Positions 45,263-55,500 of a stretch of DNA of 64,000 nt are shown piece by piece (the first letter of the stretch is position 1; each line of letters begins with the position of its first letter). Position numbers and translations under genes: made by a program. The notes beneath the pieces were generated by a model. That model saw nothing but the letters and a program-made list of their open reading frames with translations, had not been told where the DNA came from and searched no databases. The DNA comes from Terriglobia bacterium (GTDB lineage Bacteria > Acidobacteriota > Terriglobia > Terriglobales > Acidobacteriaceae): positions 38,246 through 102,245 of the forward strand of contig CAWGMN010000013.1 in assembly GCA_963823745.1 (NCBI GenBank), in the 5' to 3' direction.

Positions 45263-46337
45263 ATCCCACCTCCCGCTTGGTGAGAACACCTGTGACAAAA
45301 ACTGTTAATGTTTAGGTCGTCTTGGATTTGCGGGCCACCGCGAGGAGGTACGCAAAGCTCATCCGCCACATATTCTGAATCTCTTGGAAGATATCTTGGT
45401 GTGATTTCGGCGCTCCTCCCCCGGAGCAACCTGACCACCCGGAATCAAGACATCTTCTTAGTAGTGCGCTGAAACTTCTAATCGTTTCAGAGTTTCTGAA
45501 TCTTTTCAGACTGGAAATCGAACCCGGGGTTTTGCTACGGTGATTTTAGTTTTTTAATCTGCGGGTACAACATCAACTAATGTACCTCTACCAGATCAGA
45601 GCAGCAATGAAAATCCTGCGCTCTCATTTTCCTAATCCACGATCGCGCCCGTCGCGTTCGTTTCCGTAGTACCGCTGTAACGAAGGAGAGTGTCCCAAAA
45701 GAGGAGGTACTCTGGATATTATTCAGAATTATATAACGATTTACGGAAATGGAATTTTTAATCCGAATAATCGGACAATATTGCTGCATTTAAGTTCAAT
45801 TAAATCAATGATAAATTTCTGTTTACAGGAATTAAATAGCTCATAGACTTGGAGAATAGACGCCTGCAGATAGCACCACTAGTTTTACGAAAACAGTATA
45901 GTGATTCCTTAGGACACTGGCCGATGATACACCTTAGTACCGTTACCCTGATTCTGTTGCATGGTGTCCTATAGTACAGTGACAACTACATCTTTAGTAC
46001 ATGTCCTATTTCTAAAGTTTCTCGATTTTTGGGCAAAGTTTGAGCGGTTTTTCTAATCATTCATATGTTTTTTTTAATGTTGCCCCGGACGCGCCCGAAT
46101 TCAGCGCCGCTCAGTTCGGTGTTTCCGCTTAAAAGTCTCAGAATTTACTTAGGTTGGGTAATGGGTTTTGGGAGCGAATCGGAGCTGTTCGGTCAACCAA
46201 TAAATAGAAGCTTTCAGGATTGATGTTCCATTGTGGGAATTCTGAATTTGCGTGAGGAAGACAGCGCCGTACTGTCTTTAATAGAAGTCGTGGTGGTTCT
46301 TCAGCCGTGGTTCCAGATGCGGCATCTTCATGCGACG

Positions 46338-46363
46338 AGAGGCGGTGCTGTTGCACCGCCTCT
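46338..46363 (-). terminator. Strong hairpin 25 nt downstream of the parvulin-like gene (no U-tract)
   Basis: AGAGGCGGTGC-TGTT-GCACCGCCTCT, an 11-bp perfect stem. There is no T run on either strand, so it is not a canonical intrinsic terminator. Confidence 0.4.
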
Positions 46364-46388
46364 ACATTACGCGAGAGTTTGCCCAGGG

Positions 46389-47507
46389 CTAGTGCTTGGG
46401 CATGGCACGCGGCACTACCGGCGCATTCGACGGATCATTCACAGCGAAGAATTTCTCATTGAAGTCGGGTTGAATGTCGCCCAGAACCGCGCGTACAGCG
46501 GCTTCGCGATTCTTCTCAGTAAGTTCCCGTGACAATTGGTCTTTCAGAGAAGCCAGCGGAAGCGCGTCATGGCTGCGGACTCGATAGATGGTGAATCCCG
46601 CCGGATCAGACTGCACCTTGCTCACCTGGCCGGCAGAGAGAGAGAAAAGCTCCTGCTCCAGCACCGGAGGAAACGCTCCTTTGCGCTTGAAGCCGAAGTT
46701 GGTAGGCGGCGGATTGCTGAGCCCCAGAGTAGTGTAGACCTCGGCCTGAAGCTTGTCCGCGTCTTCGCCTTTGGCGGCTCGGTCACGCATTTGATCCGCC
46801 AGATTGCGGGCTTTCTTCTCAAACTCCGCGCGATTCTCATTCGGTTTCTTGCTATTGATTCTGGGCACAAAGATGCGATCGAGCTGCACCTGTTCGAATC
46901 GGGAAATGTTCTGCTTGTAGTAGGCCTCGACTTCTTCGGGGGAAGGTGCGCTGAATTTCTCTTGAAGAGCGCGGCTGTAGGCCGCGGCCAGGGTGCGCAC
47001 ACGCATGATTTCCATCAGTTCTGCAAAGCGCGGATCTTTATCCACGCCGGCTTTCTCAGCGGCAGCGGCCAGCGCCATCTCATGCACATAGCTGGCGGCG
47101 AAATTGCGCTTTACCGCCGGAGTCATAGAGGCCTGACTGGCCACGTTCATGGCCCCAATCATCTGGTTGAATTGCTCCTTCGTAATGGTGACGGCACAAC
47201 CATCAGACTTGGCGGGCGCGGCATTCTGGCCTTTCGGGCACAGCCCACGGACAGTGATCACCACCGTATCAGGGGGCATCAGGTCGGCCGGAGAAGGCAC
47301 AGGCTGCGCTCTGGGAGGCATACCCGGGGGTGTCGCCGGCACTATCGTCTGGGTCCCCGGTTTGATCTGGGCACGATTCGGCTGGGCAGAATTTGGCTGG
47401 GCTGAATTTGGTTGAATCATGGCCGGGGCGCCACTGGTCTGGGCCAGCGCCGATGCGCAAGCCAAAGCACAAAGCATAGAAATTCGGATGATTGCTGTAC
47501 GGATCAT
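46389..47507 (-). CDS. Secreted parvulin-type peptidyl-prolyl isomerase / SurA-PrsA-like chaperone
   Basis: Signal peptide MIRTAIIRISMLCALACASALA, a PNSAQPNSAQPNRAQ repeat, a SurA-N-like helical region, and a PpiC-like region FEQVQLDRIFVP..GFKRKGAFPPVLEQELFSLSAGQVSKVQSDPAGFTIYRV. Confidence 0.7.
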   Translation of the reverse strand: MIRTAIIRISMLCALACASALAQTSGAPAMIQPNSAQPNSAQPNRAQIKPGTQTIVPATPPGMPPRAQPVPSPADLMPPDTVVITVRGLCPKGQNAAPAKSDGCAVTITKEQFNQMIGAMNVASQASMTPAVKRNFAASYVHEMALAAAAEKAGVDKDPRFAELMEIMRVRTLAAAYSRALQEKFSAPSPEEVEAYYKQNISRFEQVQLDRIFVPRINSKKPNENRAEFEKKARNLADQMRDRAAKGEDADKLQAEVYTTLGLSNPPPTNFGFKRKGAFPPVLEQELFSLSAGQVSKVQSDPAGFTIYRVRSHDALPLASLKDQLSRELTEKNREAAVRAVLGDIQPDFNEKFFAVNDPSNAPVVPRAMPKH

Positions 47508-47660
47508 TACTTTACAGTCCTTCGTTTTACGGTCCTTCGCTCTACAGTTCTTCGCTGTATAGATCATGTCCAATGACCTTCCTGATGGAAGAAAGATGGG
47601 GGGAAGGCATCATCGTACCATGTGATTTTCCGCAGTGTCCCATCTTTTCGCGAAAAACGC

Positions 47661-48263
47661 TCAGGGTTTTTTTGTCGTGGGCGCAGCAGGTTTCTTCGTC
47701 GGCGGTTTGCGTACGGGAGTCGCAGACGTGGCAGACGCCGGGGGAGCCACAGGACCTCCGGTCTGGCAGTAGTGCAAAGAGGTCGCAGGGGAAGCAATTC
47801 CTTCATTGGCAGTGAAGACCAGCAGGCGGTCAAATTCGTTAGGGCCAATCGGCTGCATCGGGCCGGCATGGAGACGCTGAACCAGAAAATTCAGGGTTTC
47901 AGTAGACGCGACTACCAGCGCATTGCCGCTGGTGCCATAGATCACATTCCGCTCCAGGCTGTTGGTGTCCCGCGCGGGAATAACGGTGGGCTTCAACTTC
48001 AGCGACTGGGCCAATGGATCGGCGGTCTGCTGGGTGCGTTTCGCGTCACTCACAAAGATCTGCTTGATACCGGCATCTTTGAGAGTGCCGGCCAGACAGG
48101 CAGAGCGCTGCTCGCCCTCAGCACTCAGGGGCGCATCGGCGGCCGCTGACGCGACATCGGCATGGCGAACCAGGAAGATGGTGCGGGTGGTCTGTTGCTG
48201 TGCAGTCAAACCCTGCGTCAACACGAGCGCAGGCAGAAGAATCCGGAAGAAAAAAGATTTCAT
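47661..48263 (-). CDS. Secreted histidine phosphatase family protein (SixA/PGAM-like)
   Basis: Signal peptide, then IFLVRHADV (RHA catalytic motif), with a Pro/Thr/Lys-rich C-terminal tail. Confidence 0.65.
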   Translation of the reverse strand: MKSFFFRILLPALVLTQGLTAQQQTTRTIFLVRHADVASAAADAPLSAEGEQRSACLAGTLKDAGIKQIFVSDAKRTQQTADPLAQSLKLKPTVIPARDTNSLERNVIYGTSGNALVVASTETLNFLVQRLHAGPMQPIGPNEFDRLLVFTANEGIASPATSLHYCQTGGPVAPPASATSATPVRKPPTKKPAAPTTKKP

Positions 48264-48492
48264 TTCAAGACCTCAATAAAATTTGCAAAGCTTCGGATTG
48301 CGGGCGCCACCATTATTGTCTGGAGAACGATAACCGCAAAGATTTTTCCGTCGGGCAAAACAAAAAAAGTTGAGCAGTCTGCCAAACTTCTGGAAGCGCT
48401 GCTCAACTTTCAAGTACAGCAATATCAAATCCAATTTTCTTAAAGCAAGCTGCCAGCGGGTGTGGTTGCACCGCCGGCAGCCTGGTTATTGC

Positions 48493-50181
48493 TTACTTGA
48501 TGGTCTGGTTGAACGATGCCGTATTCGGGACCGTATCGAACCCGTTGAAGGCAAGGCTGTCACCGGGTTTTACCACCAGCTGAGTCGTGCCCTTTGGCAA
48601 AGCGTTGGCCGTAATCTTCACGGTCGCGGTAGCGGTTTGTGCGGCTGTTGGTTTGCCGCCATTTTTGTTGTTGCCGCCTAACTGGGAAATGGTGCAGACA
48701 ATGGTTGTGCTCTTGTCAGCATTCACCGTTGGCGGATTGCAAGTGAAAGGATCGCTAGCCAGGTTGGAAGTAGCGGACACGCTGTTCACTGTGATTCCAA
48801 CCGGTTCTGTGATGGTTAACACCAGAGCATTGGCCACATCGCTGGTGGTATTGCTGAGTCCGAAGATGTGGTTCGTTGATCCCAGCGGGTGAATACTGGA
48901 AGACTGGGTGCTGGCAGTGACTGTGACCGCAACAGGAGTTCCGCCACCCACGCCGGGCGCCGGCACAGTGGTGGTCTGGCTTCCAGTAGCAGTAACCGCA
49001 TTGCTATTGGTGTCAGATCCGGTGAAGGCAGCGCTCAGAGTCACGTTGTTCTGCTGAATCTGCGCGATTACGTTGATGGTGACTACCTGTCCGGCAGCCA
49101 GAGATCCCAGCGTGCAGGTAAGGCTCTGGCTGTTTCCGCTCCCGCAGGAACCGAAGTTGGTCTGCGCGACCAGCAGGGTTGCCGCAGGAGTTGAAGGAGC
49201 AGCCTCAGTCAGGTTGAACAATACCGACGAGAGGTTCACCGGGAATACCGAAGTATTGGTGATGGTGACCGGATAGGTTACCTGAATTGGAGTGCTGTTA
49301 ACCGAGGTTGGGCCTCCAACCTTCACAGCAATAACCGGCAGTGCTCCGGGAGTGACTACGTTGGAGGGCGTTGATTCCAGACCATTGCCGCCGGCATTGG
49401 TAGCGTGCACGGTGAAGGTATAGTTCACGCCATTGGTCAGTCCGGCAACGATGCCGTTGGTGGCAGTAGCGCCATTCACGGTATCCACGATTCCACCGGG
49501 ATGGGACGTGATCAGGAAGCTGGTGATGTTTTGCGACGCGGCATTCGGAGGAGCGACCCAGCTCACAAACGCTGCGCCATCACCGGCAGTAGCCGAGATG
49601 TTAGTGGGAATGCCCGGTACCGGAACGCCTGGCAACAGGACCGTATTGCTGGGAGCCGACAAAGCGCTGGTTCCGCTGCCATTGGTGGCAGACACCTGGA
49701 ACGTATAGGTGGGGCTGGGAGGCACACCAGTAGAGTTAGTCAAACCGGTAACCACGGCGAAGTTCGGCGGAAAGGTCCCGCCGGCGGGCGGCACAACCGT
49801 AGTGTTCGGTACGACTGATCCGTCGCTCGCGGTGGTCACAATAGTGTAGAAGTTGACCGGCTCGCCATTCTGGGCTTCGCTCCAGCTTACAGTTGCCTGG
49901 GCCGCCCCTGGTGTTGCGCGAACGACCGTGGGAGCGCCCGGAGCAGCAGGAGGGGCCGGATTCTGCGCTACCTGCCACCATCTGCCTGCGGCCAGCGTAG
50001 CCAGGCCGCTCGGATCATCGCCGCTATAAGGGACAATCTGGGCGGTGTCGGTGGAGTCAATGGCCAGACCGTTCACGTTGACGATAGTAACCACATTTCC
50101 GTTCTGGTCGGTGAAGTTAAATGCTCCAGCAGGCTCAAAGGGATTCAGCGTAAAACGAGCCGGTGGCACCCGCGGCAACAT
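48493..50181 (-). CDS. Secreted FN3 x3 + DUF11/Ig-like repeat protein, C-terminal segment of one larger gene with 50145..51266
   Basis: FN3-like units (ATVSWSEAQNGEPVNFYTIV.., AAFVSWVAPPNAASQNITSFLITS..YTFTVHATNAGG) are followed by Thr/Val/Asn-rich Ig-like repeats. The N-terminus joins the upstream segment if one base of a T4 run near 50155 is removed. Confidence 0.75.
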   Translation of the reverse strand: MLPRVPPARFTLNPFEPAGAFNFTDQNGNVVTIVNVNGLAIDSTDTAQIVPYSGDDPSGLATLAAGRWWQVAQNPAPPAAPGAPTVVRATPGAAQATVSWSEAQNGEPVNFYTIVTTASDGSVVPNTTVVPPAGGTFPPNFAVVTGLTNSTGVPPSPTYTFQVSATNGSGTSALSAPSNTVLLPGVPVPGIPTNISATAGDGAAFVSWVAPPNAASQNITSFLITSHPGGIVDTVNGATATNGIVAGLTNGVNYTFTVHATNAGGNGLESTPSNVVTPGALPVIAVKVGGPTSVNSTPIQVTYPVTITNTSVFPVNLSSVLFNLTEAAPSTPAATLLVAQTNFGSCGSGNSQSLTCTLGSLAAGQVVTINVIAQIQQNNVTLSAAFTGSDTNSNAVTATGSQTTTVPAPGVGGGTPVAVTVTASTQSSSIHPLGSTNHIFGLSNTTSDVANALVLTITEPVGITVNSVSATSNLASDPFTCNPPTVNADKSTTIVCTISQLGGNNKNGGKPTAAQTATATVKITANALPKGTTQLVVKPGDSLAFNGFDTVPNTASFNQTIK

Positions 50182-51266
50182 TGCCGGTCCAGATTACGTC
50201 GCTGCCGGTGGTGAAATACAGATTGTTGCCGTTCAGGTTCGGATAGGTCTGGTCGCCCATCATGTCGGCCGGAGCGACGCCTGCCAGATCGGCCGGGTTG
50301 GTGCCCACGCATGCCGGCGTAGTTACAGTTGCCACCCATAGCCTGGCAAGTGCTGTCTGCATTGGTGATAACAAAGGGGCTGGCGTCCGCTCCCCACAAG
50401 TCATGACCGATAAAAGCAATGCCATTGCCTCGTCCCTGTGAGGGGCTTTCTGCCACCTGCTGCACGAAATCAGCGCAGGTGCCAAAACCCACAGAGGTGG
50501 CCGTAGCGGGGCTGTTGATGCGGATGAGCGAACCGCTTTTCTTGAAGCTGAGCCAAACGTTGCCCAGAGGATCAAGAGCCAATCCGTCCGGCAAGCCTAC
50601 TGCGTTGGGAGCAGGAGGCGCGACTGTAACATCGGGAGGAAAAGAGCAACCGCTCTGGCCGCCGGAGAAACGGCTTCCGGTAACATTGCCTGCCATTCCG
50701 AAAATGTTATTGAAGTCCAGAGATCCCTGGCCGCTGTCTGCGCTGGGCAAATAGCCAATGCGGAAAATTCCCTGGGAACTGTTCTGCTCGTCAACGAAGT
50801 ACAGGAAGTTGTTGACCGGATCGAAATCCATGGGACCGCCGGTGACCGAGAAGCCATTCACCTTGAACGGGCACTGGTTGATGTTGATAAAAAATGGCGA
50901 CGGCCCCTGAGGCGCCATAGCCAGGTTGGCATTCAAGGTCGCCATACCGGAATCGAGATCGGGGTCCACGCGGCACAGGCCGAAGTTGGTGTCACCAACC
51001 CAAAGGTGACGCACATTTTGCCCGGTAATCGGGCTGATGGCATCACCATAAAGAATGATTCCACCCTTGGGCGCCGTGGGAGGATTGATAGGCTGGGGAG
51101 TGTTACTGCTGACACCCTGCATTTGAATAGCGGTGGTCGCGGGAACCGCTGTAGTTTGCGCACTCGCTGTAACTGCGGCGAGCACCATCAGTACTGCCAT
51201 CAAAAAGCGCAGGCGGAGTGCGCCTGCGCTTTGCGTGGCAGATGTTGTCCGAGTGGAGAATCTCAT
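50145..51266 (-). CDS. Secreted beta-propeller-like domain, N-terminal segment of the same gene
   Basis: Signal peptide ..MAVLMVLAAVTASAQ. Motifs HLWVGDTNFGLCRVD, LPDGLALDPLGNVW, IGHDLWGA. The tail after ..CQAMGGNC is nonsense and continues in ORF 50135..50575. Confidence 0.7.
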   Translation of the reverse strand: MRFSTRTTSATQSAGALRLRFLMAVLMVLAAVTASAQTTAVPATTAIQMQGVSSNTPQPINPPTAPKGGIILYGDAISPITGQNVRHLWVGDTNFGLCRVDPDLDSGMATLNANLAMAPQGPSPFFININQCPFKVNGFSVTGGPMDFDPVNNFLYFVDEQNSSQGIFRIGYLPSADSGQGSLDFNNIFGMAGNVTGSRFSGGQSGCSFPPDVTVAPPAPNAVGLPDGLALDPLGNVWLSFKKSGSLIRINSPATATSVGFGTCADFVQQVAESPSQGRGNGIAFIGHDLWGADASPFVITNADSTCQAMGGNCNYAGMRGHQPGRSGRRRSGRHDGRPDLSEPERQQSVFHHRQRRNLDRQCCRGCHRLVLR

Positions 51267-51616
51267 GGTTGTATACCTTCCGTCCGGAGTTTCAGCTCCG
51301 TGAACTCGTAATTGGAACTAGCTAACAATTCCTTTTTGTGAACTACCGGTTCGGCATTCAGAAAACCATTGCCTCACCCGCAGCTTTGGCCATCTCTCCC
51401 GTTTCGTTGCGATCTGAAACGATGGTGGCCTGATTAATCCTCACTAATGTTTAAGCCCGAGAATTAGACCGCGATTGACGTCGCATTAAAATTCTTAATC
51501 CGCTTGTCGCGTTGCTGCTGGGCCTAGTTTCCTTGAAACTCTCTTTAGCAACCAGGCTGCCCGATATTGCCGAGGCAGCCTGCGATTACGCTTGTGGCAC
51601 ATGCCAAACGAGATTC

Positions 51617-52560
51617 TTACGAGACCGTCAGCGTGCCATTGATCAAGTTGATCTGATAATTGCCGAGCGCCGGGTTCGGACCAGCGCTAGGAATAATCGG
51701 ATAGGTTCCCGCCGGGCTGGTCTGGCATCCGCAGGACTCGAGTAAGCTGGCCGTGATCGCATCGTTGTTCTTCATCCCGGTAATGGTTCCGGTAAACGTC
51801 GGGTTCGGATCACCGACAGCGCGGCTGGCGTCGGCGGCCTGCAATGTCAGCGGCGCCGGAGTCACCGTAAGCGTCCCGTTCGTGGAAGTGACACGTGTAG
51901 TTGCTCAGCTGCCCGTTGGGATCAGACCAGCAGGAGTGATCGCATACGTCCCTACAGCGCTGGCTGGAGTCGGCGATGCTCGCAACGTGGCAGTGATCGG
52001 GTCGTTGTTCTTCAGATCCGGTAATGTGCCGGTAAACGCCGGGTTCGGGATCACCGTAGAAGCGGCTTGCATCCCCGGCGGCCACAGACAGCGGGGCCTG
52101 GTGTGATCGTGAGTGTTCCCGTGCGGTGACTGCGTAGTTGCGCAGCAGGTTATTCGGATCGTTAAAGGCCGGAATGATCGGGTACGTTCCCACAGGGCTG
52201 GTCGGAGTCTGCTGCTATTCCGAAGGTGGCAGTGATGTTGTCGCCATTCTTCAAGCCGCTCAGAGTACCGGTAAATACCGGATTCGGGTCCCCATACACG
52301 CGGCTTAAGCTGATGGCTGCCGCCGTCAGTGGCGCTTGTGTAATGGTGAGCGTGCCGTTAACGACGCTGAGCACGTAGTTGCTCAGCTTAGCTGTTGGAT
52401 CACTGAAAGTGGGAACGATTGCATAGCTGCCGACGGGGCTGGTGGGATCAGCGGCGCTCGAGTAGCTGGCGGTGATGTTGTCGCCATTCTTGAGACCGGC
52501 AATGGTTCCCGTAAACGTCGGGTTAGGATCGCCATAAACACGGCTCGTATTCGCCGCAGT
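51617..52560 (-). CDS. C-terminal four MBG repeats of the giant surface protein (at least four frame breaks)
   Basis: The fragments in ORFs 52162..52374, 51810..52193 and 51617..51865 all read as LT..A...SR.YGDPNP.FTG...G.KN.D.ITA.. units. The final unit ends ..INLINGTLTVS, with the stop at 51617. Confidence 0.7.
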
Positions 52561-55500
52561 TACGGTCAGCGGAGCAGCAGTGACAGATCAGCGTGCCATT
52601 GCTGGAGCTAACGGTGTAATTGCTCAGCTTCCCCGTGGGATGAACCAGTGCTGGGACAATCGTGTAGGTGCCGACCGGGCTGGTGGCATCTGCTGTAGTG
52701 GAGTAAGTGGCGGTAATGTTATCGCCATTCTTGATGCCGGTGATGGTCCCGCCAAAGGCCGGGTTAGGATCACCGTAAGCACGGCTTATGTTCCCCGCGG
52801 ACACGCTCAAAGGCGCTGGCGTGACCGTAAGCGTGCCGTTGCTGGATGTGACGGTGTAGTTCACCAGCTTACCGTTCGGATCCACCAGGGTAGGCACGAT
52901 TGGATACGTTCCCACGGCAGCGGTAGGATCTGCGCTGAAATACGTGGCGGTAATGTTGTCACCGTTCAACAGGCCGGTGATCGTGCCGGTGAAGGTGGGG
53001 TTAGGATCACCGTACACGCGGCTGGCATTGTTGGTGGTCACCGTCAAAGGCACGGCAGTGATAGTCAAAGTTCCATTCGTGATTGTCACCGCGTAGTTGC
53101 TGAGTTGGTTGCCCGGATCACTCAGCACCGGCGTAACCGCATACGTTCCCACATTGCTGGTTACATCAGCCACCGTAGTAAAGGTTGCGGTGATGTTGTC
53201 GCCGTTCTTCAGGCCAGTGATAGTGCCGGTAAAGGCGGGGTTGGCGGAACCGTAGGAGCGGGTCGCGTTATTGGCAGCTACAGTCAAAGGCGCCGCATTC
53301 ACGCTAAGCACGCCGTTGTTGATCACCACCGTGTAATTGGCGGCTGCGCCGTTCGGATCTACCAGCGATGGAACGATAGCGTATGCGCCAGGAGCGCTGG
53401 TCGCAGTGGCCGTAGTTCCGTAAGTCGCGGTGATGTTGTCGCCGTTTTTGAGGCCGGTGATGGTTCCGGTAAACGCCGGGTTAGGATCGCCGTAGAAGCG
53501 GGTGGCATTGGCTGCGCTCACGGTCAACAGAGCAGAAACCACCGTCAGCGTGCCGTTGCTGGAAGTCACAGTGTAATTGCCGAGCTTGCCTGTTGGATCT
53601 ACCAGCGCAGGCACGATGGCATAAGTTCCCACCGGGCTCGATGCCGTTGCGGTTGTGCTGTACGTGGCGGTGATGTTGTCGTTGTTCTTAATGCCCGTCA
53701 GCGTACCGGTAAAGACTGGATTCGGATCGCCGAAGGCCCGGGTGGCGTTAGCCGCCGAGACCGACAACGCTGCCGTGGTCACAGTAAGCGTGCCATTGCT
53801 GGAGTTCACCGTATAGTTGCCGAGCTTGCTGGTCGGGTCCACCAGCGAGGGCGTAATCGGATACGTTCCTACAGCACTGGCCGCAGTGGCCGTGGTGCTG
53901 TAAGCAACGGTGATGTTGTCGCTGTTCTTCAGTCCGGTAATCGTGCCGGTGAAGGCCGGATTCGCGTCGCCATAGACGCGGGTTGCGTTATTGGTAGTAA
54001 CGGTCAATGCCGCTGGTGTCACGGTCAGAGTCCCGTTCACGAAGGTGAAGGTGTAGTTGGAAGCAGCCAGTGTTCCGACCGTGCAGACGATCGGGAATGA
54101 GCCGACATTGCTGGTCGGATCAGCGCTGGTGCAGCTCGGAGTTCCGCTCACTACCGCCTGTGTCTCACCATTCACAAAGCCGGTAATGGTGAATGCAAAA
54201 GTCGGATTAGGATCACCGTAAATCCTTGAGGCGTTACCCGCTGTTACGGTGAGTACCGCCGGATTCACCGTCAGGTCTGCGCTGCCGCTTACCGCGGTAG
54301 CGTTAACATCGCCGGCGAAGCTGGCCGTAACTGCTCCGGGATACGTTCCGGCTGCAATACCAGCCAGGCTCGCAGGAACCGAAGCAAGTCCCGTGGCATC
54401 GGTCACCGCACTGCTGATCGCGGCGCCATTCAACGAGAAGCTGACCGTCTTTCCTGAAAGGATATTGCCTTTCGCGTCCTTCAACGTGGCTGAGAGCGTC
54501 GTGCTGCCGCTGTAAGTTCCGCTGGCCGGAGCAACTGCGATTACGCTGGTGGCCGGTTGCGAAACCGTGATGGTAACTGAAGACGAATTGTTCGCCGTGT
54601 TGGCATCAACCGCGGAGTTGTTGCTGATGCTGGCCGTCGCAGTAAGCGAGCTTCCATCCGCGACCGTGGTGCTGGTTTGGGCCACAAGGGTTGCTGTTTG
54701 CGACTCGCCACTCTGGAGCTGGTAGAAGCTGATCGCCTGATTGTTGCTGGCGGCAGCACACTGTCCATTTCCAGTGGCCGAGCACGATGTCACGCTCAAT
54801 CCGGAAGGCAGACTTTCTGTGGCCGTGACCGAAGCCGGATCAGCGCCATTGTTGGTGACGGTAATCGTGTAGGTCACGCTCTGGCCGGCCACCACCGAAG
54901 CGGTGGATGCCGACTGGGTCACGCTGACATCAGCCGTGCTGGCAGTGCGCGGAGGATAAGCAACCAGTCCCTGCACCTGCGCGGCGCCCGGGATCGCGAC
55001 GTCTCCCAGTTGCGACAGCGTGCCTGCTCCGTTGATTCTGAAAACAGCCACGCCGAAGGTGTCATCGGCGACATACAGCAGGGTCCCGGAGCGGTCCGTT
55101 GCCAGGCCTGCGGGCACATGCAACGAGCTTGCGCTGCCGAAGCTGCCCAGGCTGGTCAGGCTGCCGCCGGCCGCCACGCTGAACGAAGTCACGCTGTTGC
55201 TGCCCTGATTGCTGGCAAACAGCAGGCTGTTGTCAGGGGTAAGCAGAACGACGCCGGAATTGTTGTCCGCGGTGGTGAATGGGCTTCCCGTAATTGCCGA
55301 GAGAATTCCATTTGCGTCTACAGTCCAGGCGTCAGCAATGGTTCCGGTTGCGCTAGTTTCCGCTCCGTACAGCAGGCCACTGGTCGAGCTGAAGTCCAGC
55401 CCGGCAAGCGAACCCGCGCCGGCTTTTGCAAACGGCGATCCGGAAACAGGAGTAAGCGACCCGTCAGCATTAATGGTGAACACCGCAACGCTGCTGGCGT

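Noticed and set aside
45577-46356. ORFs of 61-72 aa in the AT-rich island
   Set aside because: They have no SD and low-complexity, Ile/Asn/Arg-rich products. They are better treated as non-coding until transcript data exist.
52580-54100. 506 aa plus-strand ORF inside the MBG-repeat gene, and similar ORFs at 54677-55531, 55209-55931 and 57191-57835
   Set aside because: These are antisense translations of the repeat array (Arg/Gly/Ser-rich, periodic). The minus-strand frame encodes clear MBG, propeller and DUF11 domains.
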